This document shows, piece after piece, positions 19,813 through 31,255 of a DNA stretch of 64,000 nucleotides (within the stretch, counting starts at the first letter, position 1; each line of letters starts with the position of its first letter). The position numbers were made by a program, and so were the translations under genes. Below the pieces are notes generated by a model, which saw nothing but the letters and a program-made list of their open reading frames with translations, ran no database searches and was not told the origin of the DNA. Source of the DNA: Candidatus Babeliales bacterium (GTDB lineage Bacteria; Babelota; Babeliae; Babelales; JBFXEV01); NCBI GenBank assembly GCA_050179755.1, contig JBFXEV010000001.1, positions 1,321,994 through 1,385,993 on the forward strand, written 5' to 3'.

Positions 19813-22509
19813 TTAGAACACCATAGTATCATCATCTTCTAGTACATCGTCTTCAACTTCTTCTTCCTCAGCCTCTTCATCTTCATCGTCATAATCATCA
19901 TCATAACCTGGTTCATCAAAGACAACTTTAATATCATCTTCACGCACCGGATCAAGTTCCAGTGGCTGCACCGAGTCATCAACAGCATCTGCTTTTACTG
20001 CACCGGTAACATGCTTGGTGCCAGAACCGTCATGTTGATCATTATTTTCATTATCATGATTAGGCGCTTCTTCTTCAAATGCCACAATTGCTGCAAGCTT
20101 TTGATCTTTATCAAGTTTAATTAAGCGAACACCTTTTGCTTGACGGCCCATCGTGCGAATTTCTGCTGGTGATAAACGAATCATCTTACCAGCTTCATCA
20201 ATGAGCAATATATTTGATTCTTCTGAAACTGCAGCAAGCCCAATCACCAGGCCGTTACGCGTATCCGTTGGAATAGTACGCACGCCATAACCACCACGAT
20301 GCGCTACGCGGAAATCTTCTGGTTTTACACGCTTACCATAACCACCAGACGTTGCAAATAAAATATCACGCGTATCATCTGCAGGAATAATTTGCATACC
20401 AATAACATAGTCATCTTTACGCAAACGAATACCTCGCACGCCGGCAGCTTGCCTGCCCATAACACGCACTTCATCTTCTTTAAAGCGAATACCTGCTCCT
20501 TTAGCGGTAGCAATCACAATAGTATCCGTACCAGAGCTTAATGCACAGAATACTAATTCATCACCTTCTTTAAGCGAACAAGCGCGAATTCCGGTAGTTC
20601 TAATTTTTTCAAATTGATCTGCTTCAGTACGCTTAATCACGCCATTTTTAGAAAGCATTACCAAGCTCTTGCCAGCAAGATCACGCGCACGCAATAACTT
20701 AACTACTTGCTCACCTTCTTGAAGCGGCAATAAGTTAACAATTGCACGGCCTTTTGCCATACGGGATGCTTCTGGCACTTCAAATACGCGCAAGTTATAT
20801 ACACGGCCCAAGTTAGTGAAGAACAAAAGATCATCATGAGTCAATGCAACAAACACATCAAGCACCATGTCATCGCCTTCATCAAGCGCTGTCATTGCCA
20901 TCTTGCCTTTGCCACCACGATGTTGCACGCCATAAGTGCTTAACTGCACGCGTTTGATATATCCTTTACGTGTGAGTGTTACCACCACGTCTTCTTCTGG
21001 AATCAAGTCAGCTTCAGTAAGAATATCAATTGGACCTTCAATACGCGTTCTGCGCTCATCGCCATAAAGCTCACGCACTTCGTTTAATTCTTTTTTAACT
21101 TCACCAATTAATACTGCTTTATCTTGAATGATAGAATTTAAGAACGCAATTTGTACTTTAATTTCACCAAGTTCACTACGTATCTTTTCTTGCTCAAGGC
21201 CAGTAAGGCGTTGCAATCTCATTTCAAGAATTGCTTTGGCTTGCTCTGTACTAAGTTTAAACCGCATATTCATTGCTTCAATAGCAATTTCAGGCGATTC
21301 AGATTTTTTAATAAGAGCCACTAACTCATCAATATTATCAAGCGCTATCACAAAACCGTGCAATATATGCTCACGTTGCTTTGCTTTTTCAAGATCATAA
21401 ATAGTGCGCTTATATACTACTTCCTGACGATGATACACAAACTCACGAATAAGCTCTCTGAGTGAAAATATAATAGGCTTATTGTCAAGCAGGCCAAGCA
21501 TCAAAATAGTAACGTTTTGTTGCAAAGTAGTAAATTTATACAGCTGATTTAAGGTAACTTGAGGAATCTCACCACGCTTTAGTTCAATCACTAAGCGCAT
21601 ACCTTTTTTATCAGATTCGTCTCGAAGGTTAGAAATACCTTCTATAACTTTATTTTTAACAAGATCAGCAATTTTTATTATAAGTTCGGCTTTATTTACT
21701 TGAAACGGAAGCTCCGTAATAACAATTGCAGAACCTTTTTTAGTTTCTTCAGTTTGGGCAACACCACGCAAGGTTAATGAACCTCGCCCTGTTTTATAGG
21801 CCTTTACAATGCCCGCACGCCCACAAATAATGCCACCCGTAGGAAAGTCTGGGGCTTGCACAATTCTTAATATTTCATCATCAGACACATCTTCATTTTC
21901 AAGGAACGCCAAACAGGCATCAATAATTTCCCGTAAATTATGAGGAGGAATAGAGGTTGCCATACCCACTGCAATACCAGTAGTACCGTTGACCAACAAG
22001 TTTGGCAAACGGCTTGGCAAAATAACCGGCTCAACCGTTGACTCATCAAAGTTAGGTACAAACGGCACAGTCGCTTTATCTAAATCGGCCAAAATTTCTT
22101 GGGAAATTTTTTGCATGCGGATTTCCGTATAACGCATGGCAGCTGGACTGTCTCCATCTACCGAACCCCAGTTACCTTGCCCATCAAGCAATGGATAGCG
22201 TTTTGAGAAATCTTGGACCATACCTACCATAGAGTTATAAACAGCACTATCACCATGGGGATGATACTTACCAAGCACGTCACCCACAATACGCACCGAT
22301 TTATGATAAGGTCTATTATAATGAAACCCAGATTGGTTCATGGAATAGAGAATCCGGCGGTGTACTGGCTTTAAACCATCTCGCACGTCCGGGAGCGCAC
22401 GACTCACAATAACCGACATAGCATAGTCTAAAAACGAATTCTTTAATTCATCTTCAATAAGTATTGGTTCTACCCGCTTATTGTTTATTTGATCTTTGGT
22501 CGCCGACAT
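19813..22509 (-). CDS. gyrA: DNA gyrase subunit A
   Basis: [30 protein letters not shown], GyrA-box QHRGGKG, acidic tail. Confidence 0.98.
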   Translation of the reverse strand: MSATKDQINNKRVEPILIEDELKNSFLDYAMSVIVSRALPDVRDGLKPVHRRILYSMNQSGFHYNRPYHKSVRIVGDVLGKYHPHGDSAVYNSMVGMVQDFSKRYPLLDGQGNWGSVDGDSPAAMRYTEIRMQKISQEILADLDKATVPFVPNFDESTVEPVILPSRLPNLLVNGTTGIAVGMATSIPPHNLREIIDACLAFLENEDVSDDEILRIVQAPDFPTGGIICGRAGIVKAYKTGRGSLTLRGVAQTEETKKGSAIVITELPFQVNKAELIIKIADLVKNKVIEGISNLRDESDKKGMRLVIELKRGEIPQVTLNQLYKFTTLQQNVTILMLGLLDNKPIIFSLRELIREFVYHRQEVVYKRTIYDLEKAKQREHILHGFVIALDNIDELVALIKKSESPEIAIEAMNMRFKLSTEQAKAILEMRLQRLTGLEQEKIRSELGEIKVQIAFLNSIIQDKAVLIGEVKKELNEVRELYGDERRTRIEGPIDILTEADLIPEEDVVVTLTRKGYIKRVQLSTYGVQHRGGKGKMAMTALDEGDDMVLDVFVALTHDDLLFFTNLGRVYNLRVFEVPEASRMAKGRAIVNLLPLQEGEQVVKLLRARDLAGKSLVMLSKNGVIKRTEADQFEKIRTTGIRACSLKEGDELVFCALSSGTDTIVIATAKGAGIRFKEDEVRVMGRQAAGVRGIRLRKDDYVIGMQIIPADDTRDILFATSGGYGKRVKPEDFRVAHRGGYGVRTIPTDTRNGLVIGLAAVSEESNILLIDEAGKMIRLSPAEIRTMGRQAKGVRLIKLDKDQKLAAIVAFEEEAPNHDNENNDQHDGSGTKHVTGAVKADAVDDSVQPLELDPVREDDIKVVFDEPGYDDDYDDEDEEAEEEEVEDDVLEDDDTMVF

Positions 22510-22714
22510 GGTTTTTATTCCTTTAAAATTGCAATTTTAAGATGCTCTTAGTATACCTAAATTTACTTATTTTCACAAGCTGCATAGTCAAACATATCAT
22601 CCACCTACCTTGCAAAATATAAGCACTGCCGACACTCAGATGAGGCACAACACTAAGGGGTTGCAAAGATAACGGTAGGCTGGCATAGTGATAATGATCA
22701 AACAAGGAATTACC

Positions 22715-23017
22715 ATGATAAAAAACTATCTATTCATTATGCTAGGCGCAACTACCTTTACCGCACAAGCCATGAATCGCACTGAGATACAAGCACTTGA
22801 GGAACATATTGTTTATTTAAAAAGAGAACATCATTATCGTCAATCTACAGCCAATAGATTATCTACAGAAATTCTTGCGTGTTATAACGAGCGAGTTCAA
22901 GTAGATATAAACGACTTAAAAGAGCAACGTACCGATCATCAAGCTATAGCCAACCGATTATCACAAGAAATTCTTGCTGCCGCTGCACAGCTTGAAAAGA
23001 GAAAGCAAAAAAAATAA
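22715..23017 (+). CDS. Small secreted helical hypothetical protein
   Basis: AAGGA RBS; signal peptide ending AQA-MN; internal repeat ANRLS(T/Q)EILA. Confidence 0.7.
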   Translation: MIKNYLFIMLGATTFTAQAMNRTEIQALEEHIVYLKREHHYRQSTANRLSTEILACYNERVQVDINDLKEQRTDHQAIANRLSQEILAAAAQLEKRKQKK

Positions 23018-23406
23018 TGAAAGCACCTATCTATATAGTAATCTATGCTGCTACGAGCTTCTTATGCAACATCAATGCTATGGAAAAGGAATTTGCACTA
23101 GCAGATATCTTTTCTCTTGTAAAACAAAAGCAAACACACCAACCTTTTATCGAAACTTTTTTTGGTCATCAATTACCCAGAGAGAAACCTCTAAGAGAGA
23201 AACGATTCATCGAATTACAAAATCAAATACATACTGAAGCTGGCGTACTGGAAGTACCAGAACTTGCAAAAATGAGCGTATTACATCATCTCTGGCTTGC
23301 TAACGCCAAAGCAGAACTCGAATATCTTAATGCTGCAAAAAATGAATGTACTGCAAAAATTCAGTCATTCACTACCTTCTTGCAAGGCGCAAAGGAAAAC
23401 ACGTAA
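23017..23406 (+). CDS. Small secreted hypothetical protein
   Basis: TAATG overlap with upstream gene; signal peptide ending INA-ME. Confidence 0.7.
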   Translation: MKAPIYIVIYAATSFLCNINAMEKEFALADIFSLVKQKQTHQPFIETFFGHQLPREKPLREKRFIELQNQIHTEAGVLEVPELAKMSVLHHLWLANAKAELEYLNAAKNECTAKIQSFTTFLQGAKENT

Positions 23407-23411
23407 GTTAC

Positions 23412-23519
23412 TTAGTAAGATATGCCCATGACTAATTCTGTATGTTCCTGCTTTTTAAGAATTGGGCCAATAACATGACGAACAAAACAAAGTAACAACA
23501 ACAAATAAATCATATACAT
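23412..23519 (-). CDS. Possible 35-aa hydrophobic small ORF (not in ORF track)
   Basis: AGAGG 6 nt upstream of ATG; MYMIYLLLLLCFVRHVIGPILKKQEHTELVMGISY*. Confidence 0.35.
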   Translation of the reverse strand: MYMIYLLLLLCFVRHVIGPILKKQEHTELVMGISY

Positions 23520-23552
23520 ATACTGCCTCTTACATTTAAGTTTCTATTAAAT

Positions 23553-24410
23553 TTATTTTTTTTTAGAACTTTTATACATAATAGCCCATGTAACAAGCGC
23601 TCTGTGCTCAGGCCTTTCAAGAGAATAACCAAACTGATGAAACGCCAGAGTTAATTCTTTTACATACACAAGCAGGGCCCACTGCAAAATTCTCCCACAA
23701 GATTCACATGGACCTTTTTCCGTATGTTCATTTTCGCAACAAATATCCATAAGAGACTCTCTTACAAATGTTTTCACGTTTGCTTTGCAGCCACCGCACA
23801 TTATATTGTTTGAGAAACATGCATTATTACGAGAACATGCATGACAAGAATCCGGAGTTATCGGTAATGCTACAAATTTTTTGTGTTTCATTGAAATATT
23901 TACGGGGAGCGCTTTAACTTTAAATAAACAAGCCGTTAACGCCCAATCTTCATCTGACATATCATGCGGCGTCAATTTATCAATACGCACCTTACATTCG
24001 CCAAGACATTGCCATACAGATAAAGGGTTGGTCAGGCAATTATTATGTCGAAAAAATAACGCCATGTTTAATAGTTTATTTATTAACCTTGGTTTTCCTA
24101 AAATGGTTTGCTGCTGTATAGAAGTAAATGTTTGCGCAAGCACATCTCCAAAAAACTTGTGTTGCTGTTCAATTGATCCTTTATTCAACACACTAGTTGC
24201 TCGTTTTAGTAACCCATCCCAAGATCGATTCTGATCGGCTTGCGAATGAAGACCTTCATTTTGCACCATGGCATCAACCGAACGTGCTAAAACCCCAACG
24301 TTACGTGAAGTTGTTGCAACTCCATTACAAGATGCGCTCATGCCAACTCTATCCATGGCAACAAGATTGCTTAGAGTAATTATCAAAACAAAAACCATTT
24401 TTTTAAACAT
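23553..24410 (-). CDS. Secreted Cys-rich hypothetical protein (paralog of next gene)
   Basis: Signal peptide ending LVA-MD; CHAC, CGGC, CESC; C-terminal ALVTWAIMY. Confidence 0.75.
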   Translation of the reverse strand: MFKKMVFVLIITLSNLVAMDRVGMSASCNGVATTSRNVGVLARSVDAMVQNEGLHSQADQNRSWDGLLKRATSVLNKGSIEQQHKFFGDVLAQTFTSIQQQTILGKPRLINKLLNMALFFRHNNCLTNPLSVWQCLGECKVRIDKLTPHDMSDEDWALTACLFKVKALPVNISMKHKKFVALPITPDSCHACSRNNACFSNNIMCGGCKANVKTFVRESLMDICCENEHTEKGPCESCGRILQWALLVYVKELTLAFHQFGYSLERPEHRALVTWAIMYKSSKKK

Positions 24411-24423
24411 AGATAATCTTTTT

Positions 24424-25191
24424 TTATTTATTATTCGATTTATTATTGCCATAAAAAATTGCCCATTTTAAAAGTGCTTTTTCTTCTTGTGTTTGTGGGG
24501 TTATTGCGTTTTCACCTAAACCGATTGCAATCTGCTTTAACTGTACGTAAAGATGATCGCGTAATTTTGTGGTGCAACAGTCACACGCATGCCCGACATG
24601 TTCAGGAGTTGCACAAAAAACGGTATCTTTGCAGCAACGCTCTAATATGCCATTTGTGACTCTTATTTCTATAAGCCTCTTACAGCTTCGGCATATTCCT
24701 GAGGCGATAAGGCATTGTTGGCCTTGATGAGTTGCCCCCACTGCAAGATCTTTAGACAGAGCATACACGTGCTCAATATTTTGGCTTGTGATAGAGCTAC
24801 CTTGCAACGTATCAACATTTTTCTTCATTTCAGCAAGAACTTGCCACAAGGTTACTGATCTTCGACTACTTTCTACAAGCGTATTATCCGTTTGACAAAA
24901 AAGCGCTAATTTAAACAAGCGTTGAGCACGATAATCATCAATACAACCTACATTGCTAATAACATCAACAGTAATCTTTTCAAGAAAAGTCAACGTTTCT
25001 TCAGGCTGCCCTTTAAAAGAGCGCGGGGCTTCACGCACCCAGCCCTGCCACAGTTGTGCGCGGGCCTCATCTTTTTCTTTTTGTGATGCAAGCACCTTTT
25101 TTGCTGAAAAAACATGGCGCGAACTACGATCCATGGCTTGCATAGAAATAGCACTAAGCATCAACATACATATACTTTTTTTGAATGACAT
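24424..25191 (-). CDS. Secreted Cys-rich hypothetical protein
   Basis: Signal peptide ending MQA-MD; CRSC, CC, CDCC; C-terminal ALLKWAIFY. Confidence 0.75.
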   Translation of the reverse strand: MSFKKSICMLMLSAISMQAMDRSSRHVFSAKKVLASQKEKDEARAQLWQGWVREAPRSFKGQPEETLTFLEKITVDVISNVGCIDDYRAQRLFKLALFCQTDNTLVESSRRSVTLWQVLAEMKKNVDTLQGSSITSQNIEHVYALSKDLAVGATHQGQQCLIASGICRSCKRLIEIRVTNGILERCCKDTVFCATPEHVGHACDCCTTKLRDHLYVQLKQIAIGLGENAITPQTQEEKALLKWAIFYGNNKSNNK

Positions 25192-25346
25192 ATTAATTTC
25201 CCTAAAGTAACAATAGCGCTGCAGAGTTCTAGTATAACATGGCATGCTGTCGCTTGAATAGGGCATTTCTAGCATTGCATTGGACTATTTACCTTAATTT
25301 GCTAGACTTAAACCATACCATTTGACGAAAGGCAGCATTGAGCATT

Positions 25347-27170
25347 ATGGATCCCAAACAGCTGGATTTAAAACAATTTACTCCTGATAAAATACGCAAT
25401 TTTTCTATAGTTGCACACATAGACCATGGTAAATCTACGCTTTCTGATAGATTACTTGAATTTACTGGCACATTATCAGATAGAACAAAAAAAGATCAAT
25501 TTTTGGATAAACTCCAAGTTGAGCAAGAGCGCGGCATTACCGTAAAAGCTCAAACTGCATCAATGGTGTATACCTACAAGGGGCAACAGTATTTATTGAA
25601 TCTCATTGACACCCCAGGCCACGTAGACTTTAGTTATGAAGTTTCTCGTTCACTCTACGCTTGCCAAGGAGCCCTTCTGTTAGTAGATGCTGGCCAAGGC
25701 GTGCAAGCCCAAACAATGGCAAATTTCTATTTAGCTTTTGAACAAGATCTTAGCATTGTACCCGTTATTAATAAAATTGACCTTCCCACTGCACAAGTCG
25801 AGCGTGTTTCCAAGGAAATGTTCCAGATCTTTGACTTTGAAAAAAAAGAACTTATTATGGCTTCTGCCAAAAAAGGGATTGGCATAACCGAAATTTTAGA
25901 TGCAATCATTGAACGCATGCCTGCCCCCAAAAGTACTAACGATACGCCGCTCAAAGCCCTTCTTTTTGACTCATGGTATGACGAATATAAAGGAGTTATT
26001 TGTTTAGTAGCGGTGCACAACGGCTCACTTGCAAAAGGCGACATGATTGAACTTGCGCATACCGGTAACGAGTATGAAGTGCTTGAATGCGGCCTTATGT
26101 ACCCAGATCAAGTTCCTATGCAAGCTCTCTATGCAGGTCAAGTAGGTTATGTAATCACCGGTATGAAAACGGTCAAAGAAGCACAAGTTGGTGATACCAT
26201 ATTCCATCGCAAGCAAAAAGGAACGCCGTTTCCTGGCTTTAAAAAAGCAAAACCCATGGTCTTTGCAGGTATTTACCCTGTTGAAAGTTCTGAGTTTGAA
26301 TTATTGCGTGATGCTATTGAAAAATTAACACTGAATGATGCTAGCGTGACCGTTGAAAAAAAATCATCTACAGCGCTTGGCATTGGCTTTCGCTGCGGTT
26401 TTTTGGGTCTTTTGCATATGGACGTATTTAAGCAGCGGCTTGAGCAAGAATATAATATTTCATGCATATCCACCGCGCCAAGTGTATTATATAAAGTTAC
26501 TTTAAAAAGTGGGGAAGTGCTTAACATTGAAAGCCCGTCAGACTTTCCTGATGCTGGGCGCATTGAATTTGTGGAAGAACCTATTATTAATGCTACCATT
26601 ATTGTACCGCAACAATATCTTGGTCTCATTTTAACGCTGTGCAAAGAAAAACGTGGCGAACAAATAGAAATGAGTTATCTTTCTGAAGAGCGGCTCATTT
26701 TGAAATATCGGCTACCGCTTAATGAAGTGGCCTCAGATTTTTATGACGAACTAAAATCGCTTAGCTCTGGCTATGCAAGCTTTGACTATGAAGAAGCAGG
26801 GTTTCAAATTGCTGATTTGGTTAAACTTGATATCTTGCTCAATGGCCAGCCCGTTGATGCGCTTTCTACTATTGTGCATGATGATAAAGCCTATTATATG
26901 GGCCGAGAGCTCACACAGCGTTTGCGCAAAGTTATCCCCCGCCAATTATTTGAAGTGGCAATTCAGGCTGCCATTGGCGCAAAAGTTATTGCACGTGAAT
27001 CAATCAGCGCCTTGCGCAAAGACGTTATTGCAAAATGCTATGGTGGTGATATTACACGTAAACGTAAATTACTAGAAAAACAAAAAGAAGGTAAAAAGAA
27101 AATGAAGCAAGTGGGTACGGTTCGCGTGCCACAAGAAGCGTTCATGGCAATTCTTAAAAAAGGTGAATAA
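25347..27170 (+). CDS. lepA: Elongation factor 4
   Basis: [49 protein letters not shown]. Confidence 0.98.
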   Translation: MDPKQLDLKQFTPDKIRNFSIVAHIDHGKSTLSDRLLEFTGTLSDRTKKDQFLDKLQVEQERGITVKAQTASMVYTYKGQQYLLNLIDTPGHVDFSYEVSRSLYACQGALLLVDAGQGVQAQTMANFYLAFEQDLSIVPVINKIDLPTAQVERVSKEMFQIFDFEKKELIMASAKKGIGITEILDAIIERMPAPKSTNDTPLKALLFDSWYDEYKGVICLVAVHNGSLAKGDMIELAHTGNEYEVLECGLMYPDQVPMQALYAGQVGYVITGMKTVKEAQVGDTIFHRKQKGTPFPGFKKAKPMVFAGIYPVESSEFELLRDAIEKLTLNDASVTVEKKSSTALGIGFRCGFLGLLHMDVFKQRLEQEYNISCISTAPSVLYKVTLKSGEVLNIESPSDFPDAGRIEFVEEPIINATIIVPQQYLGLILTLCKEKRGEQIEMSYLSEERLILKYRLPLNEVASDFYDELKSLSSGYASFDYEEAGFQIADLVKLDILLNGQPVDALSTIVHDDKAYYMGRELTQRLRKVIPRQLFEVAIQAAIGAKVIARESISALRKDVIAKCYGGDITRKRKLLEKQKEGKKKMKQVGTVRVPQEAFMAILKKGE

Positions 27171-27183
27171 AGGAGCACAAACC

Positions 27184-28275
27184 ATGAGTCAAGAAACAAA
27201 TAAATTAACACCTCAACTGCATGTTTTTGAGGGGAATATTTATATTTTTTATGCTTTTGACGTTGGTGATGAAATTAATTTAGCGGCGGTTGAGAAATTG
27301 GAACCAATTTTTACCCGCCCCCTCAATATAGCAAAATATTTTAAGAATTATCATTTACCACTTTCCATTGAATTACCTCACCCTCATTCAAGCGGCAAAT
27401 GCATAAGTGTAAATCTTCATACGTTTGGTGTAATTTCACTTATGTATAAAATTCCATTTGAAGATACCTTGGAAAATCTAAAAAACGAACTTTTGGAAAT
27501 CGATCATGATTATCAAGAACAAAGCGTGGAAGATGCACAAGCTGTTTTTAAAGTAATTAAAAAATACGTTAAACAACCTAACTTTTTCAACTTAAGAACG
27601 TCATATGTGGTCATTCAAGTTGATCAACAGCCAAACACGCTTGACGTTTCACAATTAAAAGAAAAGTTTGGTGGCGTAATTGCCTCACTGTTACGATTTG
27701 AAAAAGAATCACTTTCTGAATATCAAAAGAATGATATTTTAGAAGGTGCTCATGGGTATTACCGCGGTGATCTTTCAGTCATCGATACTGAAGCTGCTTT
27801 TATTTATGATGAAGAATATGAAGAATTACTACCACTCTTTGAATTTGTAAATATACAACAACTTCAATTGCAATACTTTGACCGTGTGCTTGATAACCAA
27901 TTATATTCAGCATATCAACAAGAAGTGCGCAAAACACCGCTCAAAACATATTTACCAATTATTGGTACTGCAATGAAAGACCCCGTCTCTCAACTTGCCA
28001 TGCTCAAAGTTGATATTTCAGCAATCATTGAGCGCTTAGAAAGCAGTATTAAGCTTGCTGGTGAAACGTATATTTCTGAAACGTATTCGATGCTTAATAC
28101 CAAGCTAGAACTTGATAGCTGGCGCGCTTCCATCAATAGTAAACTAAGCATTATTGAAGATATTCACATGATCTACCGGCATAAAACCGATGCCGTGCGC
28201 GAGGATATCTTAACGGTGCTTATTATTATATTGATTACCATAGAAGTGGTTGTTGCTCTTATGGGGCAACGGTAA
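27184..28275 (+). CDS. Conserved protein with C-terminal TM helix, RMD1/DUF155-like
   Basis: YAFDVGDEINL, QLQYFDRVLD, C-terminal LTVLIIILITIEV. Confidence 0.6.
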   Translation: MSQETNKLTPQLHVFEGNIYIFYAFDVGDEINLAAVEKLEPIFTRPLNIAKYFKNYHLPLSIELPHPHSSGKCISVNLHTFGVISLMYKIPFEDTLENLKNELLEIDHDYQEQSVEDAQAVFKVIKKYVKQPNFFNLRTSYVVIQVDQQPNTLDVSQLKEKFGGVIASLLRFEKESLSEYQKNDILEGAHGYYRGDLSVIDTEAAFIYDEEYEELLPLFEFVNIQQLQLQYFDRVLDNQLYSAYQQEVRKTPLKTYLPIIGTAMKDPVSQLAMLKVDISAIIERLESSIKLAGETYISETYSMLNTKLELDSWRASINSKLSIIEDIHMIYRHKTDAVREDILTVLIIILITIEVVVALMGQR

Positions 28276-28280
28276 ATAAC

Positions 28281-29393
28281 CTACTTCAACTTAGCCTTTG
28301 CTTCTGCTTTGTCAAAACTTGTTGCAGCACGAAGTTTTGCTTTTTTGGCAAGCACATTGGTTGATTCTATTGGATGAGATTGCATATGGTGTAATGCTAG
28401 TTGTGCAAATAAAGCCGATATGCTGCGTTCTGTAACATCTTCCTCTAGAGTAAGCATATGCTCACAAGAGTCGTGAGGGCAGATTACATTTTTGCGCTGG
28501 TTGTTAATTTGCACCATCATTTGCTTGAGCAGCTCATCCTGCATTCTTAATAATTGCCCTTGCGCTTGCACATCAGCACACTCAGGTGTTAAATGTGGAA
28601 TCTTTGTAGAAAGATACAGTGCAACCACTTCTTCTCTTGATTCAGATCTAAATAGCGTTGCCATATTAGAATTTTCAGGATGCGGTGAAACAATATACCA
28701 TGCTCGTGCAGGCTCATGTTGCACACCCTGTGTTTGCCGTGCGTTATTTTCATGTACTGCAGAAACTGCTTGAGGCAAGGGCACCACAGCAGCTTGAGGC
28801 AACTGATATTTATCAAAAAGCTTACGCGCTGTTTCTTTACTTCTTGCAATAAGTTTGGTCATATGTTCATATAATAATGGTTGGTGTTTTGCGCCTAAAA
28901 ACCAATGCTTAAACATATTACTCAAAAGCTTTTTTTCACTGACTTCACTTTGAAGCACCACGTCACAATCGGGGCATTGCATACAATAAGGCATTAAGTC
29001 AGTTTTGCGTTCACGCAATGCATCATTATCCTGCGCTTGCATTAACGCTTTAATTTCAGCAGCGACAGTGGGAAGTGTAACCCCACGACTTCGTACTAGT
29101 TGACTCATATACGTTAACATAAAAGCTGTGCGGTCAACTGAAGCATTTATTGTGGTACTGTCTATAGGATTTACTGCATAGTACATATTTTTTTGTACAC
29201 TGTTTTGAGTCATAACTCTAGAATATTTAGGGCCATCTTCATCAGCTGAGGCAGCTGATTGTTCAACAGGGCTTATCGGACGGCCTCTTTTGCCACCAAG
29301 AATATATTCTTCATCACCATCACTATCCATCGCATGACAATAAGGAACCACAAGCAACAACAACAACAACAATGTACATAAATATTTAATCAT
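28281..29393 (-). CDS. Secreted protein with two C2H2-like Zn fingers (array gene 4)
   Basis: Signal peptide ending CHA-MD; CPDC-x19-H-x6-H and CPHDSC-x24-H-x4-H. Confidence 0.75.
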   Translation of the reverse strand: MIKYLCTLLLLLLLVVPYCHAMDSDGDEEYILGGKRGRPISPVEQSAASADEDGPKYSRVMTQNSVQKNMYYAVNPIDSTTINASVDRTAFMLTYMSQLVRSRGVTLPTVAAEIKALMQAQDNDALRERKTDLMPYCMQCPDCDVVLQSEVSEKKLLSNMFKHWFLGAKHQPLLYEHMTKLIARSKETARKLFDKYQLPQAAVVPLPQAVSAVHENNARQTQGVQHEPARAWYIVSPHPENSNMATLFRSESREEVVALYLSTKIPHLTPECADVQAQGQLLRMQDELLKQMMVQINNQRKNVICPHDSCEHMLTLEEDVTERSISALFAQLALHHMQSHPIESTNVLAKKAKLRAATSFDKAEAKAKLK

Positions 29394-29394
29394 G

Positions 29395-30408
29395 CTAGTT
29401 TCCTTGTTCAATTTTTTTGCGCGCTTGTTCAAAATCGGGTGCAATCGAACCAACCAGAGTTTGAAGGCAGGGGCTATCTTGTTTATGAAATGCTGCATAA
29501 TGCACGAGTAATTCTTGCACTATGCTCTCAAAATTCGGTGCACCTACTTGATACATACAACCTTGCGCTGGGCACACCAAGCTTGTAATTATACTCCCTT
29601 GGACCATGCATTGTTTTTTTGTTTTTAAAACTAAATCTTCTTCTATTGGTTTAAAAGCGTCTAAGTGGCCTTCTATTTTTTTACTGTTTAAATATGCTTG
29701 TAGCACTTCTTCACGAGAGTCTGCAAAATAAAAATCATATATACCCTCTTTTAGAGGAGGCGTTACAATAAAGCAACGTTCAGGTGACGCTTTTAATTTT
29801 GCGCGAACATTTCTTGTTGGTTCTTCTGATTGCAAATGCTCCGACTCTTCTATTTCTTCATCTTCATTATCTGCTACATTGCGATCACGCTTTTTCTCAA
29901 ATAACAAAGGCTCTTGCTTTTCAGATTCTTCATGATCACTTGGAAATGAAACAACCTTAAACGATTTTCTCTCTTTATGCTTACGCTTGGCTTCAGCATG
30001 GGTTTCTGCCAATAATGCCGTTGCATATGCATGAAGATCTGGCTGATGTCTAGCTGTAGTATACCAATGCGCCAGAAGGGTGGATGTTAACCCTTGCTTT
30101 TTATTTTTTCCAGATGTTAATTTTGAAGTACATTGAGAATCAGGGCAAGTAATAAGCCATTTACTTGCCGCTATACTTTGCCTTCCATGCTTGTTACAAT
30201 ATTTTTGAATTTTTGCCCTCTCACTATCAACATCTAATTCAGAAGCGTGCAATACTGTATTCAACATGACTTTTTGCAATAATGCACCTTTGTATCCGTA
30301 TGTAATAATCTCTGTAGAATCTTCTGGATCAACTGCATGCCACATGCTAAAAGCTGAAATTGGAACCATACAAAAAATTAACCATATTCTTAAGATTTTG
30401 TTTGACAT
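29395..30408 (-). CDS. Secreted protein with two C2H2-like Zn fingers (array gene 3)
   Basis: Signal peptide ending AFS-MW; CPDSQC-x20-H-x6-H and CPAQGC-x18-H-x4-H. Confidence 0.75.
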   Translation of the reverse strand: MSNKILRIWLIFCMVPISAFSMWHAVDPEDSTEIITYGYKGALLQKVMLNTVLHASELDVDSERAKIQKYCNKHGRQSIAASKWLITCPDSQCTSKLTSGKNKKQGLTSTLLAHWYTTARHQPDLHAYATALLAETHAEAKRKHKERKSFKVVSFPSDHEESEKQEPLLFEKKRDRNVADNEDEEIEESEHLQSEEPTRNVRAKLKASPERCFIVTPPLKEGIYDFYFADSREEVLQAYLNSKKIEGHLDAFKPIEEDLVLKTKKQCMVQGSIITSLVCPAQGCMYQVGAPNFESIVQELLVHYAAFHKQDSPCLQTLVGSIAPDFEQARKKIEQGN

Positions 30409-30444
30409 GCATCATCCTTGCTCTTTAGTAAAGCATCAAATAAA

Positions 30445-31227
30445 TTATTTTAAGGCTTGTAATTTTGCCAAAGCTTCCTCAAAACTAGCTGCAATACGTT
30501 TTTCAATTTGTTGATAGTAATCAGAGTCTTGCGCATGCTCTATTAACTGATGCAATACTATTTTAACGCGTAATTGCGTAACTGACAATTGCAATTCCAC
30601 ATGATTACAATGTGGGCAATTTATACTATATTCATTACCGTTTTGTACTATATGTTCATTCACTACTGTTTCACTTTTTGCACGTAAAGTTGCATATTCT
30701 TGTGAAGTGGCATTATCTACCACGTATGATAGATATTTTGCAATAAGCGCTGCACGAGAATAATCAATAAAAGCCAAGTGCCTGTGCAGTTTTGGCTCAA
30801 AACACACTAGATATAAAGGTTGATTGCTGATTTGTGCATGCCACTCCGCAAGCAAAGCATCTAGCTTAGGATCATCAAGTCCAAGCGCATCTAACTCCTT
30901 ATCAAATGAACTTCTTACTAAAGGTAGACCAATGCCATTTGAGGATGCTGCAGCATTAGTAAGTTCGTCTTGTGGGCTGAGCTCAGGCATTACAAGAACG
31001 GGAGGTGGCTCAGGAAGCCTATAGATGGGTTGAAAAACATTACTTGCCTTTACAAATGGCGCCATTGGCGCAACTGTTTGCTGGCATTTTTTTGCTGCCT
31101 CCCACGGTATACGCAGAATTAATCTTTTTTGTGCTGGCTCGATAGATGCGTTACAATCTCTCTGCATGCAAAATAAATGCGTATGTACATTAAAAAAAAG
31201 CACTACTGCCGTTGTTCTCTTATACAT
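30445..31227 (-). CDS. Secreted protein with one C2H2-like Zn finger (array gene 2)
   Basis: Signal-like N-terminus ending LFC-MQ; CPHC-x18-H-x4-H. Confidence 0.75.
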   Translation of the reverse strand: MYKRTTAVVLFFNVHTHLFCMQRDCNASIEPAQKRLILRIPWEAAKKCQQTVAPMAPFVKASNVFQPIYRLPEPPPVLVMPELSPQDELTNAAASSNGIGLPLVRSSFDKELDALGLDDPKLDALLAEWHAQISNQPLYLVCFEPKLHRHLAFIDYSRAALIAKYLSYVVDNATSQEYATLRAKSETVVNEHIVQNGNEYSINCPHCNHVELQLSVTQLRVKIVLHQLIEHAQDSDYYQQIEKRIAASFEEALAKLQALK

Positions 31228-31255
31228 GCGAAAGTCTCATACCTCTCAATAAAAA

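Noticed and set aside
19813..20080. Long acidic tail of GyrA
   Set aside because: Acidic C-terminal tails are a known feature of GyrA.
29355..29372. (CAA)6 microsatellite as a phase-variation switch
   Set aside because: A triplet repeat encoding poly-Leu in a signal peptide; slippage would not change the frame.
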